A stretch of 64,000 nt of DNA. Origin: Flaccisagitta enflata. Taxonomy: Eukaryota. The position numbers were made by a program, and so were the translations under genes. The notes beneath the pieces are model-generated. The model was not told the origin of the DNA, did not search any database, and saw only the letters and a program-made list of their open reading frames with translations. This document shows positions 36,381 to 46,956 of this stretch, one piece after another (the stretch's first letter is position 1; each line of letters opens with the position of its first letter). The DNA lies in NCBI GenBank assembly GCA_965153355.1, contig OZ231126.1, forward strand, positions 434,001 through 498,000, in the 5' to 3' direction.

Positions 36381-38828
36381 TCAGATGTCTTCTTTGTGTT
36401 TCTCGGGGTCTTCCCTATGGAAGACAGTGTTGTGCCTTTTGCCGCACTCGTTGCACTCGATATTCTCGGGGCACTTTGCTGATAGATGTCCGTGTGCGAA
36501 GCACAAGTAGCATAGCATAGCATAGCATAGCATAGCATTTTTCTTGACAAGTTCATGCTTTTCAGTGTCTGAGCGTTTCAAGAACTCTCGACAACTGGAC
36601 AGGTCATGGGTTCCAGTCTTGCAGGCAACACAGCTCTTTGGTGCGGTGCCTCTGGGGCTGGTCGAACTGTCTGCATCTTTGCCACCAGGCTTGGATGCAG
36701 AAGCGTAGGTCTTGGGAGGGTTTGCTTTGGGTGCTCCCTTGTTCTTGGGCTTTGAGGTCATGGTTGCAGCAACCTCTGCTCCAGTTGCAGCAATCTGGGC
36801 TGAAGTTGCGGCGACTTTGGATCCTTTAGCACCTTTGCCTGCACCTTCTTTGGTGGCAGGTGCCGGAGTACCTGACAATCCTGCCTTGTACATCAGGATT
36901 TTGTTGGCCTTCCTCAAGTAATTGATGAAGTCCAGAAAGCCAAGATCTCGCACTGTGGGGTCGTTGAACTTTCTTTCCTCGTTGTCTTCAATGATTTTTG
37001 CCCACTTGTGGGTGAAGAAGGGGAGTTTCTCGCTGAGGATATCCCTGTAGGTCTCTCTGGTGGAGAAAGTTCTCTCGCGATCTGTCTCAACTGCCCTTCT
37101 GTGGACTTGTTCCAATTTCAGCACAAGGCCACGAATTGATTCTGTGTCCTTCTGGTCAAGTTTTCCACCAGTCAGAAGTCCATCTAACATCTGTCTGGCA
37201 GTGAGGACCCTCTGGCCATATTCTCGTCGAAGATGGGCCTTGGCTTTTCTCAAAGCTTCAGAGGGATCCTTCTCATTGTCATACTGAGTGACTGCAATTT
37301 TGGCGTTACCATGGGTCCAAAATTTCAGCTCGGAGAAGACCATTTGGTCGGTCACCCCATCAAGTTTGGTGACCGCCTCAAACTGGGTCATAAAAGATTC
37401 AAAATCTTGGGAGTCATCGCCTGAGAATCGATTTTCTTTGGGAGGACGCCCTTGAATCATAAGGTCTCTAGCATGGGATCTAAGATTCACTGTAAGGAGG
37501 GACTGAATTGGATTGCCCCCTTGCAACAAGGAGGGTGTGGCTGCCAAGCCTTGATGGCTTCCAGCCTGTGAAGGTGATGGAGATGGTGCAGCACCATTTG
37601 GAAAGAATGGTGATGCGCCTGGCTGCAAGTTTGGAGGGGGTGTTTGCTGTCTAAACTCCTGTCGAATTTGTTGCATCTGCTGCTGCATCTGCTGCTGCAT
37701 CTGCTGTTGTGAATGCTGCATCTGTTGGGACTGCAGCTGCATTTGTTGTTGCATTTGTTGAATCAATTGCAACAGCTGGGGGTCTTGTGATTGCTGCTGC
37801 GGCATTGGGATATGCGGCTGCTGCACGAAGGGTTGATGCTGCTGCACACCTGCAGGGGTTGATTGGTGTGCTGCAGATCTGGGGGTGTGGTTAAGCAGAG
37901 GGGGTGTGCGGGTCAAGGCCGCTGCAGGGGTTGAAGTCGAGGGTTGGAATTGAGCCTGATTGTCAACCCAATTGCGAGTTAGGCTTGCTCTTTGGGATGC
38001 TAACTCTTGGTCATTTTCTTGTTGGTCCCGAAGTCGTGCTTGTTCAAGTGAGTCGGCATTTCGCATTTCTGCACTCAGACGCCTCTGTCTTCTCTCAAGC
38101 TCTCTTTGTTCAAATTGGTGCTCCCTTTCTATCCGCTCTCTTTCCACCTGTTGCTCCCTTTCTATCTGCTCTCTTTCCACCTGGAGTCGATCAGCTTCAG
38201 ATTCAAGTCTGAGGCGTGAATCGTTGATTTGCCTTTGAGCTGCTTGGGCCGCAGCCTCAGCATCTAAATGACATGAAGCAGATGGGGAAACAGAGCTGTG
38301 GCCTCTAGAGCCTGAGCCTGAAACATGCTCTCTTGTTTCGAAAAATTCTGAGGCAACACCATGGGAGTGGTGGCTACTGAGAGGGAGGGAGACCTCGGAC
38401 AGTGGAGGGTTTGAGCGATGTGTGGTCTCTCGTCCTGGATAGAGGAGAGCCTCAACATCCTCATCAGGTGGAGGAGGAGGAGAGTTTCTTCCCTCATCCT
38501 GGGTCAAGTTTCCCCTAGGTTCGTCAACGCGAACCTGGGGCTGGATGGGTTCGTAGCGGGAGAGCACGTTATCGGCTCTTGCCAAGGCGTCAGTTATACG
38601 ACCTTGGGACTGAGGGGGTGGGTCGGTCATGGATCGTAATTCATTGGTTGTTTGTTCAATGGTGATTAGCATTTGGTTCACATGCTGAATCAGGCGCTGG
38701 TCATTGGATCCAACTGCACTTTCATGGTCATTCATGAAAAGGTCGACTGTGCGGTTGATCTCTTGAATCAACCGACGCGCCGTGCGGTCTCCAGGGGCTG
38801 GACCCGTGAATACCGACTTTGAGGCCAT
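36381..38828 (-). CDS. gag: BEL/Pao gag (815 aa)
   Basis: Coiled-coil/Gln-rich N-terminus, 'RFSGD...FESFMTQF' capsid-like region, triple Cys/His cluster CVAC..H...C / CYLC..GH...C / CNEC.KRHNT.FH typical of BEL/Pao. Confidence 0.92.
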   Translation of the reverse strand: MASKSVFTGPAPGDRTARRLIQEINRTVDLFMNDHESAVGSNDQRLIQHVNQMLITIEQTTNELRSMTDPPPQSQGRITDALARADNVLSRYEPIQPQVRVDEPRGNLTQDEGRNSPPPPPDEDVEALLYPGRETTHRSNPPLSEVSLPLSSHHSHGVASEFFETREHVSGSGSRGHSSVSPSASCHLDAEAAAQAAQRQINDSRLRLESEADRLQVEREQIEREQQVERERIEREHQFEQRELERRQRRLSAEMRNADSLEQARLRDQQENDQELASQRASLTRNWVDNQAQFQPSTSTPAAALTRTPPLLNHTPRSAAHQSTPAGVQQHQPFVQQPHIPMPQQQSQDPQLLQLIQQMQQQMQLQSQQMQHSQQQMQQQMQQQMQQIRQEFRQQTPPPNLQPGASPFFPNGAAPSPSPSQAGSHQGLAATPSLLQGGNPIQSLLTVNLRSHARDLMIQGRPPKENRFSGDDSQDFESFMTQFEAVTKLDGVTDQMVFSELKFWTHGNAKIAVTQYDNEKDPSEALRKAKAHLRREYGQRVLTARQMLDGLLTGGKLDQKDTESIRGLVLKLEQVHRRAVETDRERTFSTRETYRDILSEKLPFFTHKWAKIIEDNEERKFNDPTVRDLGFLDFINYLRKANKILMYKAGLSGTPAPATKEGAGKGAKGSKVAATSAQIAATGAEVAATMTSKPKNKGAPKANPPKTYASASKPGGKDADSSTSPRGTAPKSCVACKTGTHDLSSCREFLKRSDTEKHELVKKNAMLCYAMLCYLCFAHGHLSAKCPENIECNECGKRHNTVFHREDPEKHKEDI

Positions 38829-38920
38829 TGTACTCTTTGAGGGGAAGTCAAAGAGAAAGTGGGTAGGCTCAATTCTCGTTCAAAATGACGGAAAAGAGTC
38901 TAAAAATCGAGGGTTTCTAT

Positions 38921-39003
<83 letters not shown>

Positions 39004-39499
39004 TCAAGGGTCGATGGTTCTAAATCGAGCGTGACCCGTAGTGCAATACTCGGGCCAAGCAGATCAATCAACTCTCTGCTCAGTCAGTCAATCTGCTGAG
39101 CAAAGAGAAAAAAAAACTGAGATAGGGAAACGCTTTTCTGCTCAAGTGACAGAATCGCGGGATCATAGAGGAAAAGCGCGCTAACCTGCTCGTATTCACG
39201 ATACGGCAGGACAGCGGCAATCGAAATCGAAAAAGAATGCGCGATCCCACTCGTATTCGATGATACGGCAGGACCGCGGCAGGGAAAATCGAGAAGCGCG
39301 TAATACTTACGATCGAAGCGCGGAAATCGATGATCGATGAAAAGGAGGAATAAAAAAGTCGAGTTCTGTCTTTTTCTTTTCCGTACCGTCGATGACGATG
39401 AAGAATAACCGCGGCAACGGAGATCGTTTGTAATTGTAAAAGTCGTAGAGCATAGAAAGGGGCCGAAAATCATAAGGAATAATACCAAAAAGTATTGAA

Positions 39500-39909
39500 T
39501 GTTTGGTCTGATATCGAAAATGTACTAAATAGCGCCCTTTCTATGTCCCTGTCTAGTTTGTCTAGGTCAAATAAAGCCGCAAACGTATTAGAATGGATCA
39601 TCGAGGATAGATTCAATACTGCAAAAGAAATGAGTTACAGAGACACATGATTAAAACCTAGAAAATCAGTCAATATGTCAATCAATCGGTCAAGCAATCG
39701 TCAATCAAACATACAATCAATCAAGCGTAACTAAATACACACCTTGTTTATGGCTGATAACGATTCGAGTTCATTAAAACAATTCATGTAAGTAAAATCG
39801 AAGAGCATTTCATTTAAGCGTCCTTTGGTGTACAATACGCGATACGAAGTGAATGTAAGGCTTTGTTGATCTTGCGCATCAGCATCGTCTTTCGAGACTG
39901 CACCGAACA
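39500..39909 (-). repeat. 5' LTR
   Basis: Matches 31235-31644. Confidence 0.97.
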
Positions 39910-39958
39910 GTTATTGTTATTGTTATTGTTATTGTTGTTGTTGTAACTGTCGTCCTAC

Positions 39959-40118
39959 CTTGACTAGAACATCGACAATGTCTTGTTGTTGCATTTTCTT
40001 CTTGCCAAAAATTTGGATATTAAATGCCGCAAATTTGAGAGGTGAATTTCGTTCATCAACCGAACCAAATCCAGGATCAACTCCAACATCAACTCCGACG
40101 TCTCCTTCATCCTCGACT
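39959..40118 (-). CDS. DNase I-family, exon 2
   Basis: CAG|(R)VEDEGDVGVDVGVDPGFGSVDERNSPLKFAAFNIQIFGKKKMQQQDIVDVLVK|GTAGG; 'LK.AAFNIQ.FG..KM' is the DNase I mature N-terminus. Confidence 0.93.
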
Positions 40119-41492
40119 CTGTGCAGTACGAAAATGGAGTTGAAGCAAAAAGAAACAAGCCCGACCAGGCAACGATGCGTCCGGGCTGTGTCTCAGCGTG
40201 TATTGATCATGCGACATATGTATGGAGAGACAGATGGACGAACAGACGGGTGAAAAGACTCTCAAACATGTTGGTTGATCATTTGTTTCAGTGTAGGATC
40301 TCACCGGGGCCAAAAACAGCCGAGAAACGCGTTTTTTTGCAGGCGTGATGGACGGACGGACGGACGGACCGACGGACCGACGGACGGACGGACAGACCCT
40401 CATATAGAGATGCGTTCCTGACGGACGCATCCTAAAAAATGTGAACAAAAAAAAATCCAATTGGACATCGAAACAAAATGAACTGAGTCGAGAATGCGCG
40501 TCAGTTTGATGTGAATGTCGCTTGTAGTAAACTTTTTATTTTTTATGAGAACCTAGTTTATAAAAACATCAAGCCTTGAAATTGCTCAGAAATTAAGAAC
40601 ATCGTAGTTATTTTACCAGTAGCTATCTCCATCTCTTTTGAAGGCTTCGGAAAAATAATGACGTGCTTATGAAAAATAAAAAGTGTATGTCAAAAAAAGC
40701 CAACTGTGAAAAAATATATTCAAAATCATATCTTGTTTTTCTTAAGCTTCAGGATTTAAAGATAATTGAACTGATTTGGAAAAATAAGAGGCTGCTTTTG
40801 AGCTGAAGGTAGTTGTTTGGGAAACGAGCCAACAGCGGACCAAAGATCGAGCAAAAAAACAAACTTAATTTTTCACAAACCTGATCCGGTTTTTGACAAC
40901 CACAGTCACAACAACAACAACAATGAAAGTGAAGCAGAAAACCACTAAAAACATTTTGAATTTTTTTCCTGACAGCTCAGATCTATGATTTGGAGCAATT
41001 TTGTTAATCATAATGGTTCAACTGACTTCAAGCATGAAACTTTAAAAACCAGTTGGAGAAAAAAGAGTGTGCTTAGCGGTTAAGGAACAGTCAGAAAACA
41101 ATTATGCGGGATTGTATCAAAGCGATTTTTATTATGACTAACCGCGAAGATTACAGACAAATATCGCGCGTAAGAATATTTCTAAACGGTTATAAAAAAA
41201 ATGACAATTTTAGAACTTACGCTGGCTGAATTGAGCAGCAGAGACCCATGTTTTACCATCCGTTTTATACGATAATGAGGTTCAAGTAATCAGAGCATTT
41301 GGTCAACCACAACTGGGCCGCGATGCAAAAACTTGTGCATCTTCTGTTATGATATTTTTGCACGATGGAGTTAAATTATAAATCAAATTTCCTGAGTTGA
41401 ATGTTTTTGCTTTATTGTGATCATTTTTTTGACAAAGAAATCGACCTAACATCTTCTGTTGAAAGATCTAGATCTGGTTTGGCTTGATCGAG

Positions 41493-41577
<85 letters not shown>

Positions 41578-41939
41578 GTGTGAGTCATCCAACACCAGAA
41601 CAGGCAGAATTCAAGATTTTGACTTTAGAAAGAGAACAAATGTTTTCAAGTATAGATTAATTGTGATTTACTTTAGCAGCCAAAATAGATAAGTCGTTTT
41701 ATGGCTTAATGGTAAAATGGTTGCTTATTATCTGGAAAGTAATCATTTACCTACGTTGTAACTGGTTCATAGATACTAATCACTCACCATACTCAGAGGG
41801 AGTATCCAACCGGTCAGTTGGTTGATTCATCGGTTGGTTGGTCAGTTGGTTGATTGGTCGGTTGTTTAATTGATCGGTTGGTTGGATAGTTGGTTGATTG
41901 ATTGATTGGTTGGTTGGTCGGTTGGTTTGTTGGTCGGTT

Positions 41940-42520
41940 GGTTTGTTGGTCGGTTGGTTGATTGTCAAAACAGTCACGCGGATATTTTACAACCCCCCCC
42001 CCCCCCGATCAAATGCCATTCATCATCATCTTCGCCATGGCGCACAACAACAACAACAACATTGATCGGCTGGTTGGTGGAAAGCTCGGTTAGTTTGTTG
42101 GTCGGTTGGTTGATTATCAAAACAGTCACGCGGATATTTTACAACCCCCCCCCCCCCCCGATCAAATGCCATTCATCATCATGTTCGCCATGGCGCACAA
42201 CAACAACAACAACATTGATCGGCTGGTTGGTGGAAAGCTCGGTTAGTTTGTTGGTCGGTTGGTTGATTATCAAAACAGTCACGCGGATATTTTACAACCC
42301 CCCCCCCCGATCAAATGCCATTCATCATCATGTTCGCCATGGCGCACAACAACAACAACAACATTGATCGGCTGGTTGGTGGAAAGCTCGGTTAGTTTGT
42401 TGGTCGGTTGGTTGATTGTCAAAACAGTCACGCGGATATTTTACAACACCGCCCACCCCACCCCACCCCGATCAAATACAATTCATCGTCATCTTCGCCA
42501 TGGCGTACAACAACAACAAC
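41940..42520. repeat. ~150-bp tandem repeat, about 4 copies, DNase intron 1
   Basis: cagtcacgcggatattttacaac at 41971, 42123, 42276, 42425. Confidence 0.9.
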
Positions 42521-42533
42521 GACAACAACAACG

Positions 42534-42627
<94 letters not shown>

Positions 42628-42700
42628 CTTGTCAGGTGCAGGCGTTTGCCTTCTCTACCTTGTTTATAATGTTTAACTCTACTCAGTAAAATGTGCTTAC

Positions 42701-42939
42701 CTCGTCTGTGGTTCTCCAATTGCTGCTCCAAGGCAAAAAGGCACCGTGGCCAAAATGAGATATAAAATCAGAATCTTCGCCAGTTTCACGCTTTGGGTGC
42801 CTAAAGCGTGTCGCTTAGCGGCGCCATCACGCACGGTGCCCGCAGCCGTGTCATCACGCACGGTCCCCGCGGCCGTGCCATGACGTGCAGTGCCCATGGT
42901 GGCGCCTTTACGGCTGGCACACATAGGAGCGAAGCGCAT
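42701..42939 (-). CDS. DNase I-family, exon 1 (N-terminal extension plus hydrophobic signal/anchor)
   Basis: ATG...KLAKILILYLILATVPFCLGAAIGEPQT-AG|GTAAGC; phase 2 fits exon 2; total spliced CDS 1413 nt (470 aa). The start codon choice is uncertain. Confidence 0.72.
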
Positions 42940-42991
42940 CTTTTAATCTAGAACTGTTGTCCAGCTTGAATTCAAACGGCAAAATTAAATA

Positions 42992-43993
42992 CTGGGTCAT
43001 CCACCTGAGTTGTCGGATTCTTTTAAGCTTTTACTCCTTGATGGTAGCAATTATGTATTTGAAATTGATCTAGTCTTAAAGAGTATACTTTGACATTTTT
43101 TCTATAAATATTTCATCCATTTTGGTCCAGTACTACTCGACTCATAAAAAAAGCCGCACTTTTAAATGGCAAATTGTCATACTGAATTTCAAAATAAATA
43201 ATCTAAATCTTAGAGCGTTAAAAAGCTCTTGAAAAAATCTTGCATTTGGCTCAAATCTGGCAAATCTAGCTTTATTCGTTTAGAAATGGCATAAGAATGA
43301 GTAAAAACATTGCTATTTTCAGCATTTTTACAAATTAGAAGATAACTTTGACAAGCTCTAGCTCCCAAACCATTTGAGATACAGATTTGAGATTGGTCTA
43401 GAATGAAAGAAAATTTAAAAATCTTTCAAATCACTTAAACAAAAAAATGTTCAAATAATTTGTTTTTCTTATTCTTTAATTCAAAATAGGGTGCGGCTTT
43501 TTTTTTAGTCGAGTAGTAGTTTGCATTTTACATTGATTTTAAGTCAAACCTTATGTTTCCCCACTGAGCAGATTTTCTATCAAATTCAAAATTATTCCTT
43601 GTTAACATTTCATTTCTTTTGGAATGATCTGAGCCATCAATCTAGATAGGCCTTGAATAATTCATGATCAAAACTGAATAAATATTTTTCTTTCAATTTG
43701 TCTTTAATTCATGACTAGTCTTGTGTCTTTGAGATGATTTCTTTAAAAAATACCAGAAAGGAAGGCAATAAGGATTCTTGATTTTAATGACAAATGCGTC
43801 CAATTGGAGAACTTCAGCTTTTACTTCAAATTCACCCAATAGACAAACTATTAGACCAAAATAGTTGAATTTTTTATACAAAAAACGTCTATGTATACAT
43901 ACTCTTTAAGACCAGATCAATTTCAAATACATAACTACCACCATTTATGAGTAGAAGCTTAACAGAATCCGACAACTCAGGTGGATGACCCGG
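42992..43993. mobile_element. Tc1/mariner-type MITE with a nested second MITE (43133-43516)
   Basis: TIR C(T/C)GGGTCATCCACCTGAGTTGTCGGATTC at both ends (~100 bp); inner element TA-CTACTCGACT...AGTCGAGTAG-TA. Confidence 0.8.
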
Positions 43994-44295
43994 TGGAAGA
44001 CCTTGTACACAACAACTCATGCCGCGCCACATCAAGCCTGGTTGTTTAAATAATTTGTAAAATGTACATAACGAGTGAATTATCAAGTGAGTAAAATAAC
44101 AACTTGTTTACGATAAAAGTGAATTGCGTAGAAACGAGTAATAAGATTTTAGAAACAATCACGCACTCCCAGTTTATGTCTTTCGATAATAAACAGTAGT
44201 ATGCACGTCGCGTCCGTCTTTGAGAAGCTGTATTTCCATCCGTCTGTCCGTTCGAACGTCCGGGATGCTCCGCTCAAAAATGGACGAAAATTGTA

Positions 44296-44336
44296 GAAAC
44301 TTGATCAGTGGTAAGCCTTACCACTGATAAAGTTTC
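44296..44336. other. Near-perfect 20-bp-arm palindrome
   Basis: GAAACTTGATCAGTGGTAAG-C-CTTACCACTGATAAAGTTTC (one mismatch). Confidence 0.9.
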
Positions 44337-45923
44337 ATTGCTGAGCTAACACAGGAAGATGCAATGTTGCCGCTGAGTGAGATTAGATGTTAAGTGGAAT
44401 GGCAGGACATTGACATATCATTGCGGCTTCAGCCCGTGATATCCGATTTAGTTTATCTTTGAACCAGTATTACTGAGGTTTATGGCGCTCAGATGATCAG
44501 CCAATTCAAGATTCTTAATTATCATTAATCAGTTAGTTTTAATTGCCGAGACATTTTGGAACACATCACTATTCGGCTTGTTTGCTTTTACATATACGAG
44601 AAATTAAAAAAAAAAATCTTGTCAATATGATTTTTAAACAGGAAAGGCAGGAATTTTGAATAGACTTATTCCTACATGTATGAGAATGAGCCATAAGTTT
44701 TTTTTCTTTTTCTTTTTTCTTTTTACGCTTTAACGATCAAAAAAGATCATAACAAGTCCATCACCTTACAGTCACGTGCGGTTGTTTAGACCATAAGAGC
44801 AAAAGACTAAAAGACTAAACATAAATTGTCTTGAAATAACTTAAAATGACTTAAATGACGAAAAATGATGTAAAATGACAAAAAAAAAAAAGCTATGCTT
44901 GATGGACTAAGCGACCGACGGACAGAGCGGGTCATAGAGTCGCGTGCACGCCACTGAAAAAGCAACTTCAAATCTTACTTTATCCCCTAAAATAGATGAT
45001 TTTATCGCGATGCATCATCACGAAGATACACCGACAGATTATTTTTTCAAAGGTTTGGAAGTCACGGAAAAAAATCCTATCAGTGCCCTCGTCCATTTAC
45101 AAGAACTGTCGTGCCCTATCAAAGATTTGTGGGGGTCTGTGGCCGTCAGTTGTGACAAAACACCTCTACGCCAGGCCCGGTCTGGCCATCAGTCCATCCA
45201 TTGGTTAACTTGCTATTTTTTTTTCTCAGATCCGCCATTGCATCTCTGGAGGGTCCTCTGAGGGGTTCAGCATCTGTCAGTCGGTTAATTTGTCCGTCCA
45301 TCCAGATGTAGGATTGTTGGTCCATTATTCCTCTGAATGCATGCAACGTGCTTACATTGCTTGCTTAAGTAGCTCATCTTGCTTGCTGCTCACTTAGCTC
45401 ATGTTTCTTACAGCGATTTGTGTCACGATAACTCTCTGCTGCTTGCTCTGGTCAGTGGTCACCTGTCTCACAATTCCAAACCTCGCCTATAGTTATGCCT
45501 ATAGTTATGCCTATAGTTATGCCTATAGTTGTGCCTATAGTTATGCTTACTTTGAAAGCGCTTGGCTCACTGTCTCCATGACTAGCTTGGTTTGCTCAAT
45601 TGTAGCCCTAAAGCTAGTAGGACAGTGACAATCACTAAATCAAGGTAAAATGCGTTCAGACTCTTCACCAATTAGGCTATGAAATGATCACAGACGAAAG
45701 CGTGAACGTATCCTCGCCTGTGAAATATCGATCTAGGCTCAGCTGAAAAAACCGTAATGAAAACGAAATGTCTTCTTTTAAGATTTTAACGGCAAATTGT
45801 GTCACGTGCAAAATACAGCATTTTTAGTCGCGTGCTACGCGACTCTATACCCCGCTATGTCGGTCCGTTGGGCGGTCGGTCGGTCGGTTGGTTGGTTGGT
45901 TAGTCGGTTGGTCGGTTCCCTTT

Positions 45924-46650
45924 TTGGGCAGCGGCTCCGAAGGGGCCGATGACCTATGCTTTCATACAGGAGTAAATTTTCGTCCTTCTCCTTCTCCTCC
46001 TCCTCCTCCTTCTCCGTCCACCTCCTTTGAAGCTCATATTCTAGCCTCGAGGTTCAAATCCCGACCTAAAGGCTCAAATACCAACCTTGAGGCTGAATTC
46101 ACAGCCAAGAGGCTCAAATCCCAGCCTAGAGGCCCAAATCCCGACCTTGAGGCTCAAATCTCAGCCTTGAGGCTCAAATCCCAGCCTCAAGGCTCAAATC
46201 CCAGCCTCGAGGCTCAAATCCCTGCCTGGAGGTCAAAAATCCAAGCCTGGAGGCTCAAATCCCTGGCTTTCCCTGCCTCAAGGCTCAAGTCTCAGCCTCA
46301 AGGCTCAAATCCAAGCCTCAAAGCTCAAATCCCAGCCTCAAGGCTCAAATCCCAGCCTCAAAGCTCATATATCAGCCTCAATTCTCAAATCCCAGCCTCA
46401 AGGCTTGCACCCCAGCCTCAACCTCAACCTCAAGGCTCAAATCCCAACCTCATGCCTCAAGTTCCAACCTCGAGGCTATAAATCACAGCTTCCAGATTCA
46501 AATCCCATTATTGATACTCACTTTCTAGACTAGATCCTCAGAACTACTGAGCATAGGTCATCAGCCCCTTCGGGGCCGCTGCCCCTCTCACCATCACACA
46601 TCAACATATACTCACATATGGGCAACGGGTACCGCTGACCATCTTTTGCG
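45924..46650 (+). mobile_element. HINE-like family C copy with 21-bp minisatellite, nested in a family A copy
   Basis: gggcagcggctccgaaggggccgatgacctatgct ... agcataggtcatcagccccttcggggccgctgccc; internal gaggctcaaatcccagcct repeats. Confidence 0.7.
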
Positions 46651-46888
46651 ACTATTACTTTTTTGGCGTTTTTGAGCTTTTTGAGCGTACGGCTCCTGTC
46701 CAGATGCCCTAGTGACCTTCTTCAGCACTGCTCCTGCCCACCCGCTAACGGTCGAAGGGTACCCGATAATAACCTAAATTAGGTTACCATTTTATCAATG
46801 ACCGGAAATCGGAATACAACAATAAACCGATCGAGTGACTCGGTTTTTTCTTTTATTCTAATCCCCAATCTCCCTTCTCCTGACTCTT

Positions 46889-46956
<68 letters not shown>

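Larger units (their letters stand above)
31235..39909 (-). mobile_element. Full-length BEL/Pao LTR retrotransposon (8.7 kb)
   Basis: Two 410-bp LTRs with TG...CA ends and no difference seen; 5-bp TSD GTTAT (31230-31234, 39910-39914); gag plus PR-RT-RH-IN with BEL-type motifs; purine tract GACGGGCGGAG before the 3' LTR. Confidence 0.97.

Noticed and set aside
32812..38639. Plus-strand ORFs overlapping gag/pol
   Set aside because: Antisense shadows of the long retroelement ORFs with no recognisable motifs.
44944..45261. Possible plus-strand exon (DDFIAMHHHEDTPTDYFFKGLEV...)
   Set aside because: No recognisable domain or consistent neighbouring exons; cannot be supported without a search.
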